A DNA stretch of 13,375 nt from positions 1 through 13,375 of the forward strand of contig JAYWEM010000031.1 of the NCBI GenBank assembly GCA_043779265.1. The letters are read 5' to 3'. Position numbers and translations under genes: made by a program. Origin of the DNA: a bacterium. GTDB taxonomy: Bacteria > Eisenbacteria > RBG-16-71-46. Shown here piece after piece: positions 1 to 6,597 of the stretch; position 1 is the first letter of the stretch, and each line of letters opens with the position of its first letter. The notes under the pieces were generated by a model. That model saw only the letters and a list, made by a program, of their open reading frames with translations, did no database searches and had not been told where the DNA came from.

Positions 1-1000
1 GGAGTTCGAGCGAGCGCGGACGGCCGCCTGGGTCGATCAGTACGTGAACGTAGACGGTGAGTGGGTCCTTCGAACGGAGTTGGGCAATGAGCTCCTGCGG
101 CAGCGGTGTGTGTGGATTCCACGCCAGCATCGGCGAGGTGTCCTGCTGCCGATCCTCCTCGACCTTCGGCCCGATCGGCGAGGTGAGCTCGGCCGCGCGC
201 CGAATGCCCGTCAGGAAGCCTCGAGGCAGTGTGTCGGCGCGGGCGCCGGGAAGGCGGCTCCGCACCAGAGCGAGGGCTGCGGGTGTGAACGAGGAGTCCG
301 CCTGGAGTGCGAACTGGAACGCCACGGTCGCCTCGTTGCGCTTGCCCAGTCGCCACAGGTGGAGACCCAGCAGATGATGGGCCTCGGGGAGGCTCGGTTC
401 CAGGTGAGCGGCGTACGCCGCAGCAGCCTCCGAGAACTCGAGATCCCCAACACGAGCTGCGGCCAGCGCGAGCAGCAGCGCGTCTTTCCCGGAGTACGGT
501 CGTGCTTCCAGCGCCTGATGCGCAGCCGCCCGTGCGGCGGGCCAATCGCCTCGCTCGAGAGCGAGTTCCGCACGCGCACGCGCCACATACCAGTACCAGC
601 CGTCGAAGCGCCCATTCACCCACAGTCCATCACGCTCATAGGGGTAGTCGTGCCTGCGGCTGACATCTCCCGTGTCGGTCAGCGCGGCGCTCAGCAGACC
701 ACCGTGGAGCCGCGACCACGCCGAGTCCACTGCGCCGGTTCGGGCCTCGTTGAGCGCGATGACGAGTTCAAGGTCCGCATCCGTGAGGATCGAGCGGCGG
801 AGCTCGAGCTGATGCCGGAGGGCCGCCGCATAGCGGCCGGCGTCCTCGTGCGTGCGCGCGTCCCGGGCGATCTGGCCAGCCGTGCGAGCGCAGGCGGGAG
901 CCGCGGCCACGAGGGAGAGCGCGAACACGCCTCCGAGCAGCACGGTCAAGAGTCGATGCGCGCGCGGGCACGTCGGAATCCGCTCGCGGCAGAACCTCAC
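1..1000 (-). CDS. Exported TPR-repeat protein with a probable TonB C-terminal-like domain; 3' end runs off the window
   Basis: Hand translation from GTG at 1000, which overlaps the upstream TGA (GTGA, 1000-997). The frame is open for 333 codons to the window edge. It has a signal peptide (MRFCRERIPTCPRAHRLLTVLLGGVFALSLVAAAPACA), about three TPR-like repeats (ARARAELALERGDWPAARAAAHQALEARP...EAHHLLGLHLWRLGKRNEATVAFQFALQADSSF) and ends ...TVYVHVLIDPGGRPRSLEL. It is absent from the ORF track because its stop lies outside the window. Confidence 0.8.
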   Translation of the reverse strand, partial: MRFCRERIPTCPRAHRLLTVLLGGVFALSLVAAAPACARTAGQIARDARTHEDAGRYAAALRHQLELRRSILTDADLELVIALNEARTGAVDSAWSRLHGGLLSAALTDTGDVSRRHDYPYERDGLWVNGRFDGWYWYVARARAELALERGDWPAARAAAHQALEARPYSGKDALLLALAAARVGDLEFSEAAAAYAAHLEPSLPEAHHLLGLHLWRLGKRNEATVAFQFALQADSSFTPAALALVRSRLPGARADTLPRGFLTGIRRAAELTSPIGPKVEEDRQQDTSPMLAWNPHTPLPQELIAQLRSKDPLTVYVHVLIDPGGRPRSLEL

Positions 1001-2238
1001 TGGACCTGCGTCTCGGCGAGAGCGCCCAGGATGGCATGGATCTCGTCCTCGGACAGCAGGTGGTCCACGCTCTTGGCACGCTGGAAGACGGCCTGGATCC
1101 TCTCGGGCGTGGCTTCGATGCGCCGACTCTCGAGCCAGAAGACGACATTGCTCTCGCCGCTCATCGGGCCCACTTCGATCTCCTGGTGTCGTCCGACCAT
1201 CTCGGCGGGCACGCCGGAGTAGACGCGATCGGCCAGCCAGCGATCCCCCTTGCGGAACGCCTTGATGACGGCGGCGGCATGCACGCCGGTCCCGGTCCGG
1301 TAGGCGTCCGCGCCGACGACCGGGTAGTTCACCGGGATCGGAACACCGGTGGCGTGGCTCGTCTTCTCGCAATACTCGGCGAGCGACGAGAGGTCATGGT
1401 CGATCCAACCAAGCAACTTCAGATTCACGAGCAGTTGGTCCATCGGCGTATTCCCGACTCGCTCACCGATGCCGATCGCGCAACCATGGACTCGCGTCGC
1501 GCCAGCTCGGATCGCGGCGATCGTATTGGCGATCGCGAGTCCACGGTCGCAGTGGCCATGCCAATCGAGGCCGACGGCCGCGCCCGATTCGCGCACGACC
1601 TCGGCCGCGAATCTCACGAGATTCGCCGCGCCGGTTGGCGTCGCGTGCCCCACCGTGTCGCAGAGGCAGAGCCGCTTCGCCCCACAGTCGATGGCGGTGA
1701 GGAAGAGGCGGCGCAGGGTATCGGGGCGCGCACGAACCGTGTCCTCGGTGACGTACATCACCTCGAGTCCCTGGGCGACGGCGAAGGTCACCGCTTCACG
1801 CGTGTGCTCGATCATCGTCTCCTCCGTCCAGTTCTCCGCGTACTGACGGATCGGAGAGGAGCCGATGAAGGTGCACACCTCGATGGGCAACCCCACCTTC
1901 TGCGAGATGTCCGCCACCGGCTCGATATCGCGGAGCATCGTCCTGGCCGCGCAGTTGGCAGCGACCTTCAACTTGGACTGGACGATCTCCTGGGCGAGCA
2001 ACGTGACATCGCGCACGACGTGAGGGCCGGCACCGGGGAGTCCGATGTCGGCGGTGTGGATGCCGAGTCGGTCCATCAGGTGCAGCAACTCGATCTTCTG
2101 CTCGATCGACGGCGATCGCACGGATGGGGACTGCAACCCATCTCGCAGCGTCTCGTCATCGAACTCGATTCGGAACGGGGGCTTCTCCCATCGCTCGCCG
2201 GCCTCGTTCCAGTCGTGGATGAGATCGCGTTCGTCCAT
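997..2238 (-). CDS. LeuA-family DRE-TIM metallolyase (2-isopropylmalate/homocitrate/citramalate/Re-citrate synthase-like), short form without the C-terminal regulatory domain
   Basis: DETLRDGLQ, ADIGLPGA, EDTVRA, LCDTVG, WHGHCDRG (metal-binding HxH), GIGERVGN, PVVGADAY and GVHAAAV motifs; 413 aa; GAGG RBS-like sequence upstream. Confidence 0.9.
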   Translation of the reverse strand: MDERDLIHDWNEAGERWEKPPFRIEFDDETLRDGLQSPSVRSPSIEQKIELLHLMDRLGIHTADIGLPGAGPHVVRDVTLLAQEIVQSKLKVAANCAARTMLRDIEPVADISQKVGLPIEVCTFIGSSPIRQYAENWTEETMIEHTREAVTFAVAQGLEVMYVTEDTVRARPDTLRRLFLTAIDCGAKRLCLCDTVGHATPTGAANLVRFAAEVVRESGAAVGLDWHGHCDRGLAIANTIAAIRAGATRVHGCAIGIGERVGNTPMDQLLVNLKLLGWIDHDLSSLAEYCEKTSHATGVPIPVNYPVVGADAYRTGTGVHAAAVIKAFRKGDRWLADRVYSGVPAEMVGRHQEIEVGPMSGESNVVFWLESRRIEATPERIQAVFQRAKSVDHLLSEDEIHAILGALAETQVQ

Positions 2239-2321
2239 CGCGGAGATCCTCGTGGGGTGCGGGTGGGGAAGTGCGAAGGGAGAGTCAATCGCAGGCCCCC
2301 TCGGAGAGCAAGTCAGACACG

Positions 2322-2358
2322 CGAAGGGCCCGGAAGCACATAGCCTCCGGACCCTTCG
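2322..2358 (-). terminator. Stem-loop downstream of the thiolase gene (terminator or RNA-stabilising hairpin)
   Basis: Minus strand CGAAGGGTCCGGAGGC-TATGT-GCTTCCGGGCCCTTCG forms a 16-bp stem. It pairs fully only on the minus strand (two G-U wobbles) and lies 24 nt after the thiolase stop. There is no clear U-tract. Confidence 0.55.
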
Positions 2359-2382
2359 TCCACCCGTTCGGCAAGTCGATCC

Positions 2383-3597
2383 CTACAGACGTTCGATGAG
2401 GACCGCGATCCCCTGTCCGCCGCCGATGCACGCGGAGGCGATGCCGTACTGCTTCTTCTGCCGATGCAACTCGACCATCAGCGTCTGGATGAGCCGGGTC
2501 CCCGTGGCTCCCAGAGGGTGTCCAAGTCCGATCGCACCGCCATTGACGTTCACCTTGTCCCGATCCAGATCGAGATCCTTCTCGACCGCGAGGTACTGGC
2601 CGGCGAATGCCTCGTTGATCTCGAACAGATCGATCTGGGAGAGCTTCAACCCCGAGCGCTCGAGCACCTTGCGGATCGCGGGCGCCGGGCCGAAACCCAT
2701 CGTCGCGGGATCGACCCCGACGTAGGACCAGGAGCGCACGGCCGCCAGCGGCGTCTTGCCCTCCTTCTTCGCATTCTCGGCGGTCGTGACCACCATGGCG
2801 GCGGCTCCGTCAACGACACCCGACGCATTGCCGGCCGTCACCATCGACTCGGGTCCGAACGCCGCAGGCAGCGCAGCCAGGCGCTCGATGCTCGTGCTCG
2901 GGAAGAGATGATCGTCCTTGTCGACCATCATGGTCTTCTTGCCCAGGCGGACCTCGACCGGGACGATCTCCTCGGCGAAGCGTCCATTGTTGTTCGCGGC
3001 GTTCGCGCGCTCGTGCGAGCGAAGTGCGAACTCGTCCTGCGCCTCGCGCGAGATGCCGTACTTGCGGGCGAGGTTGTCGCTCGTCTGCGCCATGAAGAAG
3101 CCGCAGAAGCCATCCTTGAGGGCGACGAACAGTGAGTCCTCCAACTGTGCGCCCGGTCCCAGCCGAAGTCCCTGACGCGCGCCGCGCAGCACATGCGGTG
3201 CCTGGCTCATGTTCTCCATGCCGCCTGCGATGATCCACTGCGCCTCGCCCAGCTGCAGCAGTTGCGCGGACGAGATGACGCTCTGAAGACCCGAGCCGCA
3301 TAGCCGATTGACGGTCAGAGCCGGGCACTCCGTGGAGAGGCCGGCTCTGAGCGCGACATGACGTGCTCCGTAGATCGCGTCTCCCGAGGTCTGGAGTGCG
3401 TTGCCCATGATGCAGTGATCGAACAGCGAGGCGGGCAGGTCGGCGCGGTCGATCGCCCCGCGTGCGGCGATCGCGCCGAGCTCGATGGCGGAGAGGGAGG
3501 CGAGAGCGCCCCCGGCGAGGCCATCGCCACGCTTGCCGCCGATCCATTCGGCCATGGGCGTGCGTGCAGCTGAGACGATGACGATGTCCTGCGACAT
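2383..3597 (-). CDS. Acetyl-CoA C-acyltransferase (thiolase)
   Basis: TVNRLCGSGL (nucleophile Cys), GGMENMS, TAGNASGVVDGAAA, EINEAF, GHPLGATG and ACIGGGQG motifs. Start reassigned to ATG 3597 (MSQDIVIVSAARTP), which has a GAGGAG RBS at 3609-3604; 404 aa. Confidence 0.95.
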   Translation of the reverse strand: MSQDIVIVSAARTPMAEWIGGKRGDGLAGGALASLSAIELGAIAARGAIDRADLPASLFDHCIMGNALQTSGDAIYGARHVALRAGLSTECPALTVNRLCGSGLQSVISSAQLLQLGEAQWIIAGGMENMSQAPHVLRGARQGLRLGPGAQLEDSLFVALKDGFCGFFMAQTSDNLARKYGISREAQDEFALRSHERANAANNNGRFAEEIVPVEVRLGKKTMMVDKDDHLFPSTSIERLAALPAAFGPESMVTAGNASGVVDGAAAMVVTTAENAKKEGKTPLAAVRSWSYVGVDPATMGFGPAPAIRKVLERSGLKLSQIDLFEINEAFAGQYLAVEKDLDLDRDKVNVNGGAIGLGHPLGATGTRLIQTLMVELHRQKKQYGIASACIGGGQGIAVLIERL

Positions 3598-3669
3598 GGA
3601 TGACTCCTCGATCGGGATGGGGAGGGCGTCCGGGCGGACTCGCACGGACGGCATGTGGGATCGGGAGGG

Positions 3670-3698
3670 ACGCTAGCAAGGCCTCCCGGCCCGCTCAA
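3670..3698 (-). promoter_or_regulatory. Sigma70-type promoter for the thiolase gene
   Basis: Minus strand TTGAGC (3698-3693), a 17-nt spacer, then TAGCGT (3675-3670) preceded by an extended -10 TG (TGcTAGCGT). Confidence 0.55.
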
Positions 3699-3700
3699 GC

Positions 3701-3731
3701 GGGCCCCCTCGGGCCCCCTCGGGCCCCCCTC
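3701..3731. repeat. Tandem repeat of three GGGCCCCCTC units (third unit has one extra C)
   Basis: gggccccctc gggccccctc gggcccccctc read directly in the divergent thiolase/yjbQ intergenic region. Confidence 0.8.
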
Positions 3732-3752
3732 GGATGCCGGAGGGCCCCTGGT

Positions 3753-3762
3753 GGGATAGGCT
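3753..3762 (+). promoter_or_regulatory. -10 element of a probably leaderless yjbQ transcript
   Basis: GGGATAGGCT (TAnnnT = TAGGCT) followed by 6 nt and the ATG at 3769. Confidence 0.5.
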
Positions 3763-3768
3763 CGCCGC

Positions 3769-4188
3769 ATGCGATCCCACACGGAGTACCTGTGGATGGA
3801 AGTGCCCGGCAGGCGGGCGTTCGTCAATCTGACCCCGCAGGTCGAAGCCGCGCTCCAGAAGAGCGGCGTGCAGGAGGGCCTCGTGCTCGTCAATGCGATG
3901 CACATCTCGGCCAGTGTGTTCATCAACGACGACGAGTCCGGGCTGCACCATGACTATGACGCCTGGCTCGAGCGGCTGGCGCCGCATGCCCCGATCGCCC
4001 AGTACCGGCACAACGACACCGGCGAGGACAACGCCGATGCCCATCTGAAGCGCCAGGTCATGGGGCGCGAAGTCGTGGTGGCCGTCACCGGGGGGAGGCT
4101 CGACTTCGGACCCTGGGAGCAGATCTTCTACGGCGAGTTCGATGGAGGCCGGCGCAAACGCGTCCTGATCAAAGTGATCGGCGAATGA
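3769..4188 (+). CDS. yjbQ: YjbQ/UPF0047 family protein (annotated as secondary thiamine-phosphate synthase)
   Basis: [57 protein letters not shown] motifs; 139 aa. Confidence 0.93.
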   Translation: MRSHTEYLWMEVPGRRAFVNLTPQVEAALQKSGVQEGLVLVNAMHISASVFINDDESGLHHDYDAWLERLAPHAPIAQYRHNDTGEDNADAHLKRQVMGREVVVAVTGGRLDFGPWEQIFYGEFDGGRRKRVLIKVIGE

Positions 4189-4676
4189 GCGCCGTCGCGA
4201 TTCGGACGGCGCAGCCCGAAGACGTCGGCACGCTTCGCGCGCTCCTGCTCCAACTCGCCGAGTTCGAACGCATGAGCGAGAAGGTCACCGGGACCGAAGC
4301 GCAACTGCGGGATGCCCTGTTCGGTCCGCTGCCGGTACTCGAGGGACTGATCGCCGAGTCGAACGGCGTCGCCCTCGGCTATGCACTCTTCTATCCGACG
4401 TTCGGCTCGTTCAGTTGCACGCGCGGGCTGTGGCTCGAGGACCTGTTCGTCGTCCCCGAGGCGCGCGGAATGGGCGCAGGTCGGGCATTGCTCTCGTCCC
4501 TCGCGCGGCTCGCCTTGGCCCGCGGCTGCGGCCGACTCCGTTGGGATGTGCTCGACTGGAACGCGCCCGCGATCGGCTTCTACGAGCGCATCGGCGCCAC
4601 GCGGGCACAGGCGGATTGGTACGAATACGGGCTCGGGCGCGATGGCCTCGAGCGCCTTGCGACGAGCCCCGACTGA
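4185..4676 (+). CDS. GNAT N-acetyltransferase, SSAT/diamine-acetyltransferase-like
   Basis: [44 protein letters not shown] (acetyl-CoA motif A), [23 protein letters not shown] overlap with the yjbQ stop. Confidence 0.92.
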   Translation: MSAVAIRTAQPEDVGTLRALLLQLAEFERMSEKVTGTEAQLRDALFGPLPVLEGLIAESNGVALGYALFYPTFGSFSCTRGLWLEDLFVVPEARGMGAGRALLSSLARLALARGCGRLRWDVLDWNAPAIGFYERIGATRAQADWYEYGLGRDGLERLATSPD

Positions 4677-4680
4677 ATCG

Positions 4681-5685
4681 TCAGTCGACCGGCTGTGGCG
4701 GTAGTGAGCGTAGTCGCTCGAGGAGTCCGTCGGAGAGCGGTTGAGAGAGCAGCGCCGCGACCGTCGAGGGATCCGCGCCGGTGCGCTCGAGCGAATCGAA
4801 GAGCTGCTCGGCTTTCTCGGTCCTGGCCGGCAGGCCGTCGAGCTCGCCGAGCAGCGTGTAGGCGACGGCCCAGCATTCCCGACTCACCAAGGGGACGCCC
4901 TGCCACGAGCCGTTCACGCGTGCCGGGATGCGGACGACACCGCGCGGCGTGAAGAAGGCGAAGCGGGCGATGACCTCGACGGCGCCATCCCAGAGCGCGA
5001 GCTTGTGATCCGCATGGCAGCCACCGTGGTCGGAACGATGCATCACAAGACCCGCGAGCGCCCGTTCGCACTCCTCGGGTGAGGCATCGCACTGCAGATC
5101 CCAATCCCCGATGTGGCTCGCGAGTGCGTGTGCGTGCAGGAGCCCGCTGCCGCCGAGTCCCCACTCGATCCCCGCACGGCGCAGCCGCTCGCCGGCTTCC
5201 TGCAGCAGCGTCAGGGGCGGATGCGGCGCTCGCATGACCTCCGCGGACGCCTCCACGATCGACTCGTGCATGGCCGCGAGCACCTCGGCCAGCGCAGCAT
5301 CGGGCGGCGCTTGCACATGCGCCGCACACGCCTCGCCCAGTCGCGCCTCGACGCGATCGGCGCCCGCATGCTGTAGCTCCTGCCCGATCGCGCCGTAATC
5401 GGCATAGCGATCGGCGAGCATCGTCCGCCGCTCAGCGGACCAGTCGCGGCCGAAGGTCCCGTTCAGCGCGTCAACCGTCTCGATCGACTCTCGATTGAAG
5501 CCGCCGGCTGCGACCGCGCCTCGAACGCAGCCATAGAGCAGAAGGGCCTCCCACTCCTCGCGGGTGCGCGACTCGAGGCCGGTGGGAACGACTCCGCTCT
5601 CGGTCAGGTCGCGCCACAGTGAGGGTGCGAGGCCAGCCAGCCAGTGGGCCAGCGAACGCCCTCGGTCGGAGGGTGCTGCGCTCAA
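4681..5685 (-). CDS. Two-domain hypothetical protein: helical N-terminal domain plus a Pol-beta-superfamily nucleotidyltransferase-like C-terminal domain
   Basis: TTG start overlaps the proC stop (TTGA). The C-terminal half has IEWGLGGSGLL...IGDWDLQCD (hG[G]S plus DxD) and a later AVEVI strand that could supply the third acidic residue. It fills the gap between proC and the convergent GNAT gene. Confidence 0.7.
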   Translation of the reverse strand: MSAAPSDRGRSLAHWLAGLAPSLWRDLTESGVVPTGLESRTREEWEALLLYGCVRGAVAAGGFNRESIETVDALNGTFGRDWSAERRTMLADRYADYGAIGQELQHAGADRVEARLGEACAAHVQAPPDAALAEVLAAMHESIVEASAEVMRAPHPPLTLLQEAGERLRRAGIEWGLGGSGLLHAHALASHIGDWDLQCDASPEECERALAGLVMHRSDHGGCHADHKLALWDGAVEVIARFAFFTPRGVVRIPARVNGSWQGVPLVSRECWAVAYTLLGELDGLPARTEKAEQLFDSLERTGADPSTVAALLSQPLSDGLLERLRSLPPQPVD

Positions 5686-6512
5686 GGATTGCCGCTCTCC
5701 AGCTCGCGGGCACGCGCCTGGGCGCGCTGTGTCGCTCGCACGACCGCCTTGATGAGCGTCACGCGAAGTCCACCTTCCTCCAGCTCGAGGATGCCGTCGA
5801 TCGTCGTTCCGCCCGGAGTCGTGACCTCGTCCTTCAGCTTCGCAGGATGCTCGCCGGTCACCAGCACCATCGCGCCCGATCCACGCACGGTCTGTGCGGC
5901 GAGCTCCGTCGCGATGTGGCGGGGCAATCCCACCTTCACGCCGGCATCCGCCAGCGACTCGATGACGATATAGAGGAACGCCGGACCACTCGCCGAGAGT
6001 CCCGTGACCGCGTCCATGTGGATCTCATCGACTTTCACCGTGCGGCCGACCGCATCGAAGATGGCGGCGGCGCGCGCGAGGTGCGACTCGTCCGCATGGC
6101 GACCGGCGCAGATGGCGGTCATGCCGAGTCCGATCATGGCCGGCGTGTTGGGCATGGCACGCACGACGGGTACCGGATTCGCCAAGCGCTCCTCGATGTA
6201 CCGCGTGTTCGCCGATGCGGCGACAGAGACCAGTAACTGGTCGGGGGTGAGGACGTCGCGGAGTTCTGCGAGGACGCGGGCGACCTGACCGGGCTTCACG
6301 CAGAGCAGCACGAGTTCCGCGCCTTGGGCGGCGCTCGCATTGTCGCTGGCCGCAGTCACACCATGTCGCTCGGCCACCGCGCGAGCGCGCTCGGGGTGTG
6401 CCGTCGAGACTCGCACCTCCTCGGGCGCGAGGGATCCCGCATCCAGCAGGCCCTTGAGCAGTGTCTCGCCGAGCTTGCCGGCGCCGATGATCGCGAATCG
6501 AGCCTTGGCCAT
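5682..6512 (-). CDS. proC: Pyrroline-5-carboxylate reductase
   Basis: IIGAGKLG Rossmann motif, LCVKP, VRAMPNTP, TGLSASGPAF, HPAKLKDEVTTPGGTTIDG; GAGGA RBS; 276 aa. Confidence 0.96.
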   Translation of the reverse strand: MAKARFAIIGAGKLGETLLKGLLDAGSLAPEEVRVSTAHPERARAVAERHGVTAASDNASAAQGAELVLLCVKPGQVARVLAELRDVLTPDQLLVSVAASANTRYIEERLANPVPVVRAMPNTPAMIGLGMTAICAGRHADESHLARAAAIFDAVGRTVKVDEIHMDAVTGLSASGPAFLYIVIESLADAGVKVGLPRHIATELAAQTVRGSGAMVLVTGEHPAKLKDEVTTPGGTTIDGILELEEGGLRVTLIKAVVRATQRAQARARELESGNP

Positions 6513-6543
6513 GGGGTCCTCGTGTCGAAGTGGGGGAACGCGT

Positions 6544-6573
6544 GAGGCCGGAGCGGGGATCCACTCCGGCCTC
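6544..6573 (-). terminator. Intergenic stem-loop between hbd and proC
   Basis: Minus strand GAGGCCGGAGTGG-ATCC-CCGCTCCGGCCTC forms a 13-bp stem with one G-U pair. A small hairpin CTCCG-CAAG-CGGAG (6584-6571) adjoins it. There is no U-tract. Confidence 0.45.
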
Positions 6574-6597
6574 CGCTTGCGGAGCGTCGAAGCGAGG

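Noticed and set aside
44..1222. 392-aa plus-strand ORF
   Set aside because: It is the codon-aligned antisense shadow of the minus-strand TPR gene, is Arg-rich and has no recognisable motifs.
1036..2343. 435-aa plus-strand ORF, and similar long ORFs at 2464..3135, 6340..7530, 9869..11344 and 11501..12217
   Set aside because: These are antisense shadows of well-supported genes, which are expected in high-GC DNA.
2383..2385. Genome-wide TAG reassignment or a pyrrolysine system
   Set aside because: TAG ends the thiolase at its normal C-terminus (IERL) and also ends the YCII gene. No pyl genes are in the window, and no other gene here has an internal TAG.
3598..3654. ORF-track N-terminal extensions (thiolase from 3654, YCII from 8997, apgM from 9839)
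   Set aside because: The extensions lack family similarity or overlap neighbouring genes. Downstream starts at 3597, 9141 and 9905 have RBS sequences and match family N-termini.
3701..3731. CRISPR array or insertion-sequence end
   Set aside because: The units are 10 bp with no spacers, and no cas or transposase gene is nearby.
5230..5685. HEPN toxin domain fused to an MNT antitoxin
   Set aside because: There is no convincingly placed R-X4-6-H motif in the helical domain, and the context is housekeeping. A fold search would be needed to revive this idea.
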